Of a stretch of DNA of 64,000 nucleotides, positions 28,415 to 38,363 are shown in pieces (position 1 is the first letter of the stretch; each line of letters opens with the position of its first letter). Source of the stretch: a virus; IMG/VR virus record IMGVR_UViG_3300008266_000033, positions 32,001-96,000 of that record; one strand, written 5' to 3'. A program made the translations under genes and the position numbers. Under the pieces are notes generated by a model. That model did no database searches. It was not told the DNA's origin and saw nothing but the letters and a program-made list of their open reading frames with translations.

Positions 28415-29053
28415 TTAAGTATTTTTCCAGTTCATTTTTTGCTCATGTTCTCCAAAATAACCATTATTGTCTAGTAAAGTCATTTGGTGAAATCCTGCAA
28501 ACTTAATATTATTTTTATATAACCATTCTGTTAAACCAAATGGACCTATAGGTTCTGTTTTATGTATTTTTAATTCCTGAGTATGTGTATAGATTTCTCC
28601 ATCATACTTTAGGTCTGTTCTATTTTTACAGAAATTAATACATGATCCTAGTATATTAGGTTTACTTATTATAAAGGGGTCATCCATTAATTCTACTAAT
28701 TTACCATTTATTTGAATAGGATTATTATCTAAAATAGTTAGTATTAAATCATGATGCCCAAATTCAAAATCATTTAGTATTTTGATAAAAGGTATTTTCC
28801 ATTTTATATCAAAATCAGTATAAATTCCCCCAAACTTATGTAGAACTAAATATTTTAATAAATTACATCTACAAGCAAATGTTAAAGTTGACCAATATTC
28901 TAATAACTCGTATTCCTTTAATAAATCAAAACAGTCTTGATTTTTCCAAATTTGAAATTGAAAACTTGGATTTAAAGCAACACATTTTCGAAAATTGTTC
29001 AAATAAGGGATAGGTACTTCATCAGTACCTACCCAAATATAATGAACTATCAT
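28415..29053 (-). CDS. Glycosyltransferase, GT32/OCH1-like DxD family
   Basis: IVHYIWVG, LKYLVLHKFGGIYTDFD, GP..LT. Confidence 0.85.
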   Translation of the reverse strand: MIVHYIWVGTDEVPIPYLNNFRKCVALNPSFQFQIWKNQDCFDLLKEYELLEYWSTLTFACRCNLLKYLVLHKFGGIYTDFDIKWKIPFIKILNDFEFGHHDLILTILDNNPIQINGKLVELMDDPFIISKPNILGSCINFCKNRTDLKYDGEIYTHTQELKIHKTEPIGPFGLTEWLYKNNIKFAGFHQMTLLDNNGYFGEHEQKMNWKNT

Positions 29054-29061
29054 AAAACTTA

Positions 29062-29412
29062 TTATGAATGTTCTCTTAGTTTATCCATTAATTGTTCAAT
29101 TTCGCCTTTATCTAAACCAAAATTATCTTTTATTGTTTCTATATCTTCTTTAGAAACAATACATTGTTCTGGGGTCCAGTTTTCTGAAAGAGCAGTAGTA
29201 TAAAGTGCATAGAAAAAATAAAAATTATTTAAAGGACTAAAATGAACATCTCCATTTGGATTTACATCAACATTCCAATAATCACATAACTCTACTAATT
29301 GATAAAATTTTTTATATTCATCAGAGTTAACAATATAATTTATTGGTCTATTAATCTTAATCTCTTTTTGTAGTTCTTCTTTAATGATTTTTTGAAGTTC
29401 AGATTTTTTCAT
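29062..29412 (-). CDS. Hypothetical phage protein
   Basis: MKKSELQKIIKEEL N-terminus; late motif upstream. Confidence 0.6.
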   Translation of the reverse strand: MKKSELQKIIKEELQKEIKINRPINYIVNSDEYKKFYQLVELCDYWNVDVNPNGDVHFSPLNNFYFFYALYTTALSENWTPEQCIVSKEDIETIKDNFGLDKGEIEQLMDKLREHS

Positions 29413-29430
29413 ACTATTTTATCATAAATA

Positions 29431-31155
29431 CTAACTTTCACATGCGACACAATCAGCCAATCTATCTAAATTATCCCCTCTTAATACACTTTCAGTACGT
29501 AAATAATATAGAGTTTTGATTCCTAAATTATGTGCTTCTTTATGTACTTGTGAAATCCATTTTGGTGTATCATTGGGATCAAAGCATAAATTCAATGAAA
29601 TAGCTTGATCAACATATTTTTGTCTAATAGCATTTTGACGAACTATTTCTAACTGATTAATTTCTTTAAATGTTTTAAAAATTTCTTTTTCTTCATCACT
29701 TAAAATATAATCAGGTAACCCGTACACTGAACCTTGATCTTTTAATATTTGACTCCAAACACTTTCAATATTATAACCTTTTTCTTCCAATAATTTTTCT
29801 AAAATAGGGTTTTTCTTAATGAATACCCCTTTTGCTGTTTTTAAATTATAAACATTAGCTGGAATAGGTTCAATTGAAGGCGAAACACCACCTGAAATAT
29901 GAGCATTTGATACTGTTGGGGCAATTGCTAAATGGTGAGTATGTCTTAAACCAGTACCTTTACACCATTCAGGTTCTCCATATTGTTCTGCTTGAGCACG
30001 AGATGCTTTAAGTGCTTCAGTATGGATAAATTCTGAGATGATTCTAGTTTGGGCACTTGCTTGAATACCTACAAATGGTAAGCCTTTTGATTGTAGGTAA
30101 GTATGCCATCCTAAAACACCAATTCCAATTGCTCTTCCTTTAATAGCAGAACGAACTGTGTTTTCCATGAATTTAATATTTTTAGCTCTGTCAATAAATT
30201 CTTGTAATACACCTTCCAAAAACCAACATGTTAGTTCAGGTAATGTCATTCCATTTTCAAACTTATAATCTTTCCATTCATCCCAACGAGCCAAATTTAA
30301 TGAAGATAAACAGCAAATAAATGAGTGTAATTCATCTGTGTAAAGTGAAATTTCACTACAAATATTAGTCATTGAAACTTTTAAATTGTTTTTCTTATAT
30401 GCTTCAGGATTGTTATTATTTACATTATCCTCAAACATAATATAAGGTTCACCTGTTTCAAGACGAGTTTTAAGTATTTCACCCCAAAGTCGTAAAGCTT
30501 TAGGATCTTTATCTTCTAATTTTTGCATAAATTCATCATCAATTACTACACACTGATGTAGATTTAAACATTGACGATTTACATCTCCTTTAGGACGACG
30601 AATCATTAAAAATTCTTCAATGTCTTGGTGATTGATATTTAAATTTACGGATGCTGCTCCTCTACGTACTGAACCTTGGTTAGTAGCAATAATTGTAGAA
30701 TCATAAATTTTAGCCCATGGAACTACCCCTTCACTTATACCATTATCTTTAATAGATTTACCTCTACCTCTAATACGAGATAATCCAATACCAACACCAC
30801 CACCTTGAGATGATAAACGCATTAATTCTGAATTAGCATCAGCAATACCTTCAATACTATCTCCAACATCAATCCCGAAGCATGAGATAGGCATTCCACG
30901 TTCAGTACCTAGATTTGATAGTACTGGAGATGCTAGACATAGCCAGTTTTTAACCATTGCTTCAAAGAAAAATGGTTGTAAATCTTTACGTCTTAAACGA
31001 CGTGCTGCTGCTTTACTTACTCGATTGAAAGCTCTAAACATATCTTCATCAGGGAGTAAATACCCTTTTGAAACCATAGAGATTCCTATTTCATCTAGCC
31101 ATTCAGGGTAATTCTTACCCTTGACCCATTTACTTGTGTCTATTTGTATACTCAT
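29431..31155 (-). CDS. nrdA: Ribonucleotide reductase class Ia alpha subunit (start likely MSIQ at 31155)
   Basis: SPVLSN, PISCF, GGGVG, RRGA, TNICSEI, CCLSS, AIAPT, DQAISLN, KTLYY, C-terminal CVAC. Confidence 0.95.
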   Translation of the reverse strand: MSIQIDTSKWVKGKNYPEWLDEIGISMVSKGYLLPDEDMFRAFNRVSKAAARRLRRKDLQPFFFEAMVKNWLCLASPVLSNLGTERGMPISCFGIDVGDSIEGIADANSELMRLSSQGGGVGIGLSRIRGRGKSIKDNGISEGVVPWAKIYDSTIIATNQGSVRRGAASVNLNINHQDIEEFLMIRRPKGDVNRQCLNLHQCVVIDDEFMQKLEDKDPKALRLWGEILKTRLETGEPYIMFEDNVNNNNPEAYKKNNLKVSMTNICSEISLYTDELHSFICCLSSLNLARWDEWKDYKFENGMTLPELTCWFLEGVLQEFIDRAKNIKFMENTVRSAIKGRAIGIGVLGWHTYLQSKGLPFVGIQASAQTRIISEFIHTEALKASRAQAEQYGEPEWCKGTGLRHTHHLAIAPTVSNAHISGGVSPSIEPIPANVYNLKTAKGVFIKKNPILEKLLEEKGYNIESVWSQILKDQGSVYGLPDYILSDEEKEIFKTFKEINQLEIVRQNAIRQKYVDQAISLNLCFDPNDTPKWISQVHKEAHNLGIKTLYYLRTESVLRGDNLDRLADCVACES

Positions 31156-31169
31156 AATGTTTAAATGTT

Positions 31170-32120
31170 TTATAAATCTGTCCAATCTGCTGTTGATTTA
31201 GAGTAACTTGTTACTCTCCCAGCAAAGAAATCTTGATGTGTTTTACCACTTGTTAAATGACCAAACCATTCCATTTGTTTTAATAAATTGGGATCAATAT
31301 CATTATACAAAGGATTTAGTCCTAACTCAACCATTTTTTCATTAGCTCTTGCTTTAATGAAATTTTTTAACTGTTCTTTAGTTAAACCCTCAATATTACC
31401 CATTTCAAAAGCTTTATCAATAAAATCAAATTCTAGTTTTACTGATAGCTCACAGGCTTCATTGACTGATTTAATTAATTTCCAAGCATTTAATTCTGGT
31501 TTTTCTTCTAATAACTTTTTAAATAACCAGCAACCTGCTTTTGAATGTAAACTTTCATCTCTTACAGACCATTCAACTATTTGACCCATACCTTTCATTA
31601 AATTTCTAAGCTGAAATGACATTAAAATAGCAAATGAGGAAAATAGGTTTACTCCTTCTGTAAATGCTGAAAATACTGCTAATGAAATTGCTTTTTCTTC
31701 TAGTGTGTTTCCTGGGGTACTGATTAGTCGTTCTATTTTATTTTTAGAAACTTCATCTTCCATAAAGGCTTCAAAATTATCTAATCCTAAAGCCTCATTT
31801 AATAAGGAATATGCTTCTGCATGGATAGATTCAAATGAACCAAAAGTAACAGCCATGTGTTGAATTTCTGGTTTAGGAAACCAATGACTAACTTTAGAGC
31901 TCCAATAATCTTCTACATAGGTTTCAGTTTGAGCAAATGCTCTTAAAATATTACCTATTAGATTCTTTTCAGACTCATTTAATTTAAGTTTCCAATCATT
32001 TATATCTGATGCTAGTGGGACTTCTTCAGGTAACCAATGTACTCTTTGTTGATCTTTTAAAAAATTATATACTTCAGTATATTCAAATGGTTTGTAAAAG
32101 TATCTAGGTTCAGTTATCAT
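31170..32120 (-). CDS. nrdB: Ribonucleotide reductase beta subunit
   Basis: W.PEE, ESIHAEAY, EG..LFSSF, RDESLH, DFFA. Confidence 0.95.
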   Translation of the reverse strand: MITEPRYFYKPFEYTEVYNFLKDQQRVHWLPEEVPLASDINDWKLKLNESEKNLIGNILRAFAQTETYVEDYWSSKVSHWFPKPEIQHMAVTFGSFESIHAEAYSLLNEALGLDNFEAFMEDEVSKNKIERLISTPGNTLEEKAISLAVFSAFTEGVNLFSSFAILMSFQLRNLMKGMGQIVEWSVRDESLHSKAGCWLFKKLLEEKPELNAWKLIKSVNEACELSVKLEFDFIDKAFEMGNIEGLTKEQLKNFIKARANEKMVELGLNPLYNDIDPNLLKQMEWFGHLTSGKTHQDFFAGRVTSYSKSTADWTDL

Positions 32121-32136
32121 GTTAATAAATATTATT

Positions 32137-33525
32137 TTATCCGTTTTTACCTTCTAATTCAAAAAATTTCTTTCTCAAAGCATATTTTTCGTCTTCATCA
32201 ACATTACCATATCCACTACTGTTGTTAGCCTTTTGACTTTCCATCATCTCCATTTCCTCACTAATATTATCCATGATTTCTATTTTACCAATAGAAGTAT
32301 CAATTTTAGAACTAAACGTCATACCATCAGGACCAAACCTGTTTTTCATAAAATGCCATCGACCTGTACCATTTAATTTGTCTTTACGTTTTCTTGAAAG
32401 TGATAATGAAATATCTCCAATCATAATTTTATCATAAGAACCAGCAATTTTATCTGCTTCTAATACATCATCTTTAGCTCCTGCTCGGTTAATTTGAGAA
32501 GGTGAAATAATTGGAATTTTTAATTCTTTAGCTAAACCTTTAGCATCAGTAAATACATCATCAATTTCATCCTTACGTTCTTTTCGAGGTTTTCGAGTTT
32601 TTAGCAAATCAAGATAATCAATGAAAATAGCATCTGGGGTGAAATCATATAGAGATTTAAGTTTTTTCAAGTGTTGCTCAATAGTATCTAATGAGGCTCT
32701 TCTTGGTGAATATTCCTTAATAATAATAGTTCCAGGAAGTGAATTAATTACTTCTTCTACTTTATCCCTATGATTAGATAATCTATCTACTGGAATTTTA
32801 GTTAAATTAGCGTCAAAACGTTTACCTACATAAGATTCACCTAATTCTAAGGCATAGTAAACTATATTATAACCTAATGAGGCAGCATGAGCAGCCATAT
32901 CCACGATAGCCCAAGATTTACCTCCTCCAGGATTACCAAAAATTAATACTAAGTCTCCTTTTCCATAACCGCCTTGAGTAACCTCATTAAATTTAGGCCA
33001 TGGAAATGGTATAGGAGCCCTATCTTCGTCTCGATATCTAGTTTCAATATCTTTTGTGTATTCGTGTCCGATTGTTTTGTCTTGTCCTGAACGTAATGCA
33101 TTATCAATTAAGGTTCTAATAGAGTCATAATCTCCAAGTTTTAATAAGTCTACTGAGGATAATAAGGCTCCTTTTAAATTTTGATTTTTACAGAATTTAG
33201 AGAATTCTTTTTGTACATATTCTAAATCTTTAGCTTCAGTTGATGCTTCATATGCTTCTTTTAATTGTTCTTTAATAGAAACTTTCAATACATCATTATC
33301 TAATTTTTTTAGCTCAATCTTTAATACCTCTATTGTAGGGGTAGTATGATATTTGTGGTAATATGATAGTATTTCTTTTAGAACCCACTTATGTGCTTGG
33401 TTACTAAAATGTTCTTCATCTAAAACATCATGTACATTATTTAAAAATTCTTTATTTGTTAATAAAGAAGCAATTACTTTAACCTGGAAATTAATTCCAT
33501 AGCTTTCTAGAGATGATAGGGTCAT
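32137..33525 (-). CDS. Replicative DNA helicase (DnaB/T4 gp41-like)
   Basis: GNPGGGKS, YALE, IDYLD, SQINR, KNRFG. Confidence 0.92.
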   Translation of the reverse strand: MTLSSLESYGINFQVKVIASLLTNKEFLNNVHDVLDEEHFSNQAHKWVLKEILSYYHKYHTTPTIEVLKIELKKLDNDVLKVSIKEQLKEAYEASTEAKDLEYVQKEFSKFCKNQNLKGALLSSVDLLKLGDYDSIRTLIDNALRSGQDKTIGHEYTKDIETRYRDEDRAPIPFPWPKFNEVTQGGYGKGDLVLIFGNPGGGKSWAIVDMAAHAASLGYNIVYYALELGESYVGKRFDANLTKIPVDRLSNHRDKVEEVINSLPGTIIIKEYSPRRASLDTIEQHLKKLKSLYDFTPDAIFIDYLDLLKTRKPRKERKDEIDDVFTDAKGLAKELKIPIISPSQINRAGAKDDVLEADKIAGSYDKIMIGDISLSLSRKRKDKLNGTGRWHFMKNRFGPDGMTFSSKIDTSIGKIEIMDNISEEMEMMESQKANNSSGYGNVDEDEKYALRKKFFELEGKNG

Positions 33526-33529
33526 GTTT

Positions 33530-34573
33530 TTATTTTTTAATTGAATTTAAAATTCTAAATGTGTCTTTTAACCAAAGTTCAACTCCTTTTATAATAATAG
33601 CTAAATCATCTTGATTAGCTAAATGTAGAAATTCTTTAGTTTTCAATTCAGGGATGGGACTATCAACTGTTTCAATAATAAACTCTTTTTCATTATCATC
33701 TATCAACGGGTTTTTAAGATCCATTAATCTATAAAAATTCTTTACATTCTCAAAGTCATGTAATACCCTTGAGTAAATTTTATTATCTTTTAGTTTAGTT
33801 TCACAGATATTAAATATATCGTCTAATGAAAGAATAGTTTGTCCTACCTCAGGAAATTTTTCTATCAGTGTTTTTGGTCCTAAATCTTTTACTCCAGGAA
33901 TTTTATCTGAGGTATCTCCTACTAATGTTTTATAAATAATAAAGTTTTCAGCTAATACTCCAAATTTTTCCCTAATTAATGCTTTATTATAAAATACTTT
34001 TTCACCAGTTTTATAAACTGTAATATTATCATCTATTAACTGGAAAAAATCTTTATCATTAGAAGCAATAAAAACCTGAGAATTATATTGGGTTGAAAGG
34101 TGAGTGGCTAAAAATGCTATAATATCATCAGCCTCTACTTTACTTATTGATAAAGTTTTAACAGGTAAACATTGAAGATAATTTATTAGCCTAGATATTT
34201 GGTCTACTTGAGCATCTACTTCAGTTGACTTATCTTCAAAAATATCCCAATTGGTGATTTTATTTACATTTCGTCCAGATTTGTATTCGGGGAGTAAGTT
34301 CTTCCTGTTTGTGGAAGAACCTACCCCATCAAATACTACATAAACTGAAGTGGGTTTGGTGTGGTTAATTAGGCTTCCTAATGATCTTAAAAAGCCTCCT
34401 AACCCACCAATATGGGCGTTATTTTGATTAACGTAATTTAAAACTGCAAAGTTTCTTAAAAATAAATTTAAACCATCAACTAATAATACTCTATCATTTT
34501 TACTGAAGGATGTTTCTTTTTCGTGTTCTAAACTTACCTCTTCTAGCAGTTTTAAATATTCTTTCTTTCCCAT
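33530..34573 (-). CDS. 5'-3' exonuclease/flap endonuclease (T4 RNase H-like)
   Basis: LVDGLN, VFDG, YKSGR, EADD, SNDKDF, GDTSDKIPGV. Confidence 0.92.
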   Translation of the reverse strand: MGKKEYLKLLEEVSLEHEKETSFSKNDRVLLVDGLNLFLRNFAVLNYVNQNNAHIGGLGGFLRSLGSLINHTKPTSVYVVFDGVGSSTNRKNLLPEYKSGRNVNKITNWDIFEDKSTEVDAQVDQISRLINYLQCLPVKTLSISKVEADDIIAFLATHLSTQYNSQVFIASNDKDFFQLIDDNITVYKTGEKVFYNKALIREKFGVLAENFIIYKTLVGDTSDKIPGVKDLGPKTLIEKFPEVGQTILSLDDIFNICETKLKDNKIYSRVLHDFENVKNFYRLMDLKNPLIDDNEKEFIIETVDSPIPELKTKEFLHLANQDDLAIIIKGVELWLKDTFRILNSIKK

Positions 34574-34574
34574 A

Positions 34575-35651
34575 TTAATCTTCAGATGTATCTACTTCTC
34601 CATTAGCTTCATCTTCAGTAACAATCTTGAAATTGGTACCTCCTAAAATCTTAGCCCATTCATCAGCATGTTCTTTTTTATACTTATCTACTGATAGAGG
34701 TGTATCTTTAATAAAACCATGTGCTGTCATAATAATAGAACCTCTAGTAGAAATCCCATTGATGTGATTTTTATCTACTGAAACTTTAGTTCGTTTAGCA
34801 AACTCAACATCTTTTTTATCTTTAACAGCCTTGATTTTATTTGTACCTGCATTAGCAATATTACCAAAAGTAACAATTAGTGAGGCATCAAAAAACATCG
34901 TATTTCCTCCTTTATTTTTCATTTTAGGTTGTTCCATAGGAAGCGAAGGTTTTTCAACCCATACTTTATTTACACAAACAAATGTATTTGTATAAGGAGA
35001 ATTTTCTTTACGTGAAAGTACAATCTTTTGATTTACAAAATTACCAAACTGTTGAGACATAGCACCAGCATTCCACTCATTACTATTTGATGATTTTTCA
35101 ATACTCATTTTGCAAGGAATAGAACCTACTGAATCCCATAAAAATAATAGATCATAAGGTAAATTGCCTTTAGCTTGTTCATCCAAAAGATCTAAAATAA
35201 ATGCAGCAACATCTTCTACAGATTGTAAAGAACTTCTATCAGCATAGATAAAAAATCCTTCATAATTTTGTATTTCACCTGTAGCTGGATCAATAACTTC
35301 GTTCACATCAAAACCCATAGTTTTAAGATGTCCAAAATCAAATTTCATCTCAGTTACTATTAGTACTGGAAGGATTCCTGCTTTTTGAGCATTAACTGCT
35401 GCTTCAATAAGTGCAGTAGTTTTACCTGTATCAGAGTGTCCTCGGAGTAATGTAATATGACCCATAGGAATACCTGGAAGCGAGATAATATCTGATAAAG
35501 CTTCCGAAACTGGTATCCATTTCTGTTCTTTGAACTTAACATTTGAATTTAGAAGTTTCTTATCTTTAAACTTATTTAGGTCAAACCCTTTTTTAAGTTC
35601 AGAGGAAACAGCCTCATTCAAAGAAGTTGACTTCTTTGTTATTGTTGTCAT
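34575..35651 (-). CDS. RecA/UvsX-like recombinase
   Basis: GIPMG, GHSDTGKTT, WDSVGS, GG..M.F. Confidence 0.85.
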   Translation of the reverse strand: MTTITKKSTSLNEAVSSELKKGFDLNKFKDKKLLNSNVKFKEQKWIPVSEALSDIISLPGIPMGHITLLRGHSDTGKTTALIEAAVNAQKAGILPVLIVTEMKFDFGHLKTMGFDVNEVIDPATGEIQNYEGFFIYADRSSLQSVEDVAAFILDLLDEQAKGNLPYDLLFLWDSVGSIPCKMSIEKSSNSNEWNAGAMSQQFGNFVNQKIVLSRKENSPYTNTFVCVNKVWVEKPSLPMEQPKMKNKGGNTMFFDASLIVTFGNIANAGTNKIKAVKDKKDVEFAKRTKVSVDKNHINGISTRGSIIMTAHGFIKDTPLSVDKYKKEHADEWAKILGGTNFKIVTEDEANGEVDTSED

Positions 35652-35667
35652 AAAATTTAGTTTTTAA

Positions 35668-36504
35668 TTATTCCTCGGAAAATAAAGCATCAAACTTTTC
35701 TGAAGTCTTTGCTTTTTTACCACCCATTTTCTTTTCAGTTACTTTAGCGGTAATACTTTCTGATTCTTCTTTCCAAGGTGCTTCACTTGGGGTTTCAGCT
35801 TCTTCTGTATCCTCAATAACTTCTCCATTTTCATCTTCTGGGTTTAGCCAGTTTTGAAGAGTAGTTTTGATTTCTTCATAAGAATGTTTCTTGTTGATTT
35901 CCAAAATATTAGGTTGTTCTGTTAACCAAAGTTCAGCTTGTTTAGCATCATCACTAAGAGGAGTAGTTTTTGGTTTTACTCGGATAGTACATTTGATGCC
36001 TTTACGTCCAGCAATATCAGCTTCAACAGCCTCTACATTAAAATCACGACCCTCAGTAACATCAGTATAATCACCATAATCTTCATCTTCAGCAATACCT
36101 AATAGTTGCATGTAAATTTCTTTACCAAACTCCCAAAGACGAACACCCATATCTTCTTCACCACGTACAATTACTGGTGCAAAAATACGCATTTTTGGAT
36201 CAAGCTTTTTAGCTAGGGACCAATTTTCTTTATCTGATGTTGAGCGAAGTTTTTTAGTAAACTCTACAATAGGGTCTGATTCATCCCAATTAGTAAGAGC
36301 AAAAATAGGATACTTAGCGAACCCATAGTGAACATAAACTTCTTTAAAAGGATTAGCTTTATCGGATTTAGAAGGTACGATACGAACCTGGTGTTTACCT
36401 ACTTTTGGTTTCCAAAAGATTTTTGAATAATCAACTTTTTCTTTTTTTGCCCCTGGTTTTTGCTGTAGAGACTCCAGCCTGTTTTTGATTTTACTTAAAT
36501 CCAT
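35668..36504 (-). CDS. Single-stranded DNA-binding protein (gp32-like)
   Basis: FWKP..G...VRI, VRLWEFGK, D.TEGRD, acidic tail ending FDALFSEE. Confidence 0.8.
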   Translation of the reverse strand: MDLSKIKNRLESLQQKPGAKKEKVDYSKIFWKPKVGKHQVRIVPSKSDKANPFKEVYVHYGFAKYPIFALTNWDESDPIVEFTKKLRSTSDKENWSLAKKLDPKMRIFAPVIVRGEEDMGVRLWEFGKEIYMQLLGIAEDEDYGDYTDVTEGRDFNVEAVEADIAGRKGIKCTIRVKPKTTPLSDDAKQAELWLTEQPNILEINKKHSYEEIKTTLQNWLNPEDENGEVIEDTEEAETPSEAPWKEESESITAKVTEKKMGGKKAKTSEKFDALFSEE

Positions 36505-36554
36505 AAAATTTGTTTTTAAAACGGTTAATAAATGTGGTTAATTCTAAATCGTGG

Positions 36555-36589
36555 CGATAATATAATGAAAAGGCCTTAAAATTCCAACC
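36555..36589 (-). promoter_or_regulatory. Putative host-sigma promoter for the ssb/replication operon
   Basis: Minus strand GTTGG...TTCATTATATTA. Confidence 0.45.
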
Positions 36590-36601
36590 TGAATGATTAA
36601 C

Positions 36602-36988
36602 TTATAATTCAATTATTTTGTATAATTTGGTGTTAAGTGATTTAAATTCGTTTTGTTGAGTTAATAATATGCAATTTTTATAATGATTCCAATTAACTCT
36701 AAAGGAAGGATCTACTATACCCCCATTGAGTCTTTTTATCAGTTCATTTAATGCATTTATGGTATATAATGTATTAGTGTCTTTTTTTCTATGTACTGAA
36801 ATAGTATTAGGAGGTAAACTACCAATGTTACCACTGTCTGTATTATAGGTAATTACATATTCATCAGTAGATTTTACATAAAGTATAAATAATTTATCGT
36901 AGTTTATAACATAATCAGTAGATATAGTTTCTATCAGATCTTCTAAATTATCTATTTGAGTAAATGAAGCAAATAATTTGTTATTCAT
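36602..36988 (-). CDS. Hypothetical protein
   Basis: 128 aa; HRKKDTNTLYTINALN. Confidence 0.65.
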   Translation of the reverse strand: MNNKLFASFTQIDNLEDLIETISTDYVINYDKLFILYVKSTDEYVITYNTDSGNIGSLPPNTISVHRKKDTNTLYTINALNELIKRLNGGIVDPSFRVNWNHYKNCILLTQQNEFKSLNTKLYKIIEL

Positions 36989-37027
36989 TTTTAAAGAGTC
37001 GATTTTGTTATAAATATCAACTCTTTT

Positions 37028-38314
37028 TTATGAAAAAGTGTAGTCGGATCCTTTATTTATTTTTATAGTGAGTTTTTTTCTTTCAAATATTTTTTGAATC
37101 TCTAATAATAAATCTTTTTCTTTTCTATCTACATCAAATAAAAAACTATCATAAACATATAAAATAAGTTTAGTTTTTTTACCTACCAATAACTTATGTA
37201 TTTCTAATAGAATTTCAATATTGTTGGCTGTTTCATAGTGTTGTAGTAAATAGTTAAATAATTTTTGAGGATTCATATCATTTAACTTATCCCTATAAAA
37301 TCTATAATTAGAAACAGGACATTCAATAAATCCACCATAATTAAAATCATCCCACAACTTATCTATAAATGTGCTTATTTTCTTAAAAAACTCGATATGA
37401 CTGTATTCTTGTTTTATACCGCCATATAAATTTTTAAAAATGATTTCCTTAGCATCATCATACGAAACATCATAAGTTTTAGAAAATTCATTATAAACGT
37501 TATCTTCAAAATTAAAATCTATTAATTGAGCAGCCAATGTAGGATGATAGGCTGAAATATCAAACTCAACCAATAAATCATTTGAAGGAACAAAACTTTC
37601 TCTAACTTTATTGTCTTTAGGTAATGCAGCAAAATTTATACCATTAAATGAATTTGAAGGTCGTTTGGTTGTAGTGTATAAATTATATTCTGTAAAAATC
37701 TTATTTTCTAATATAGAGTATTCTGGGTGGGGTAGATCAAAATGATCATAAAATGAAGATGGGCTTAAAGTTAATCCATTTCTTTCTATACCTAAAAAGG
37801 CTAATGGGGCTTTAGTATTTAAAAATTCTAATTCTTTAGGATAATTTAAAGGCAAATACTTTTGAATTAACTTAAATAAATCCTCACAATATTCATAATG
37901 TTTAGTTATAGGAATTATTCTATTTAAATCAGATATATCAGAATGTTTTGAATAAAAATAATTATAAACTAAATTATCAGGATACTTAAACCCATCAGGC
38001 ATTAAATAAGTTAAATCATATAAGTTTTTATAGGGCAGATGATATAGTTTTTGTTTTTTATTAATCACATATATTTCATCTATATCCTTTAATAGCGCGT
38101 CTATTAGCATTTTATTAAGCGAGAATCCCTCGTTGTGGCACACGCACAACATATAACCCTTCTCATCTATAAACGGTTTAATAAAGATAAGACTTATTTC
38201 GCTTAAAGAAGGATGATAATAATGATGGTAAGGAACAATCTCTAAAAATACCTTTTTAAATTTTTTTTCCTTTAATTCTTCAAACTGTTCATCAGTTTCT
38301 ATTAACCAGTACAT
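37028..38314 (-). CDS. Divergent, shortened family A DNA polymerase-like protein
   Basis: IERNG, TTTKRPSN, motif A EFDISAYHP, motif B AKEIIFKNLYGG, motif C LYVYDSFLFD. Confidence 0.75.
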   Translation of the reverse strand: MYWLIETDEQFEELKEKKFKKVFLEIVPYHHYYHPSLSEISLIFIKPFIDEKGYMLCVCHNEGFSLNKMLIDALLKDIDEIYVINKKQKLYHLPYKNLYDLTYLMPDGFKYPDNLVYNYFYSKHSDISDLNRIIPITKHYEYCEDLFKLIQKYLPLNYPKELEFLNTKAPLAFLGIERNGLTLSPSSFYDHFDLPHPEYSILENKIFTEYNLYTTTKRPSNSFNGINFAALPKDNKVRESFVPSNDLLVEFDISAYHPTLAAQLIDFNFEDNVYNEFSKTYDVSYDDAKEIIFKNLYGGIKQEYSHIEFFKKISTFIDKLWDDFNYGGFIECPVSNYRFYRDKLNDMNPQKLFNYLLQHYETANNIEILLEIHKLLVGKKTKLILYVYDSFLFDVDRKEKDLLLEIQKIFERKKLTIKINKGSDYTFS

Positions 38315-38317
38315 GAG

Positions 38318-38350
38318 GTAAAGATAATAAAAATATTATATTTAACCAAA
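38318..38350 (-). promoter_or_regulatory. Bacteroidota-type promoter
   Basis: Minus strand TTTGG...TTATTATCTTTAC just before the ATG. Confidence 0.55.
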
Positions 38351-38363
38351 TTTAATTATTTTT

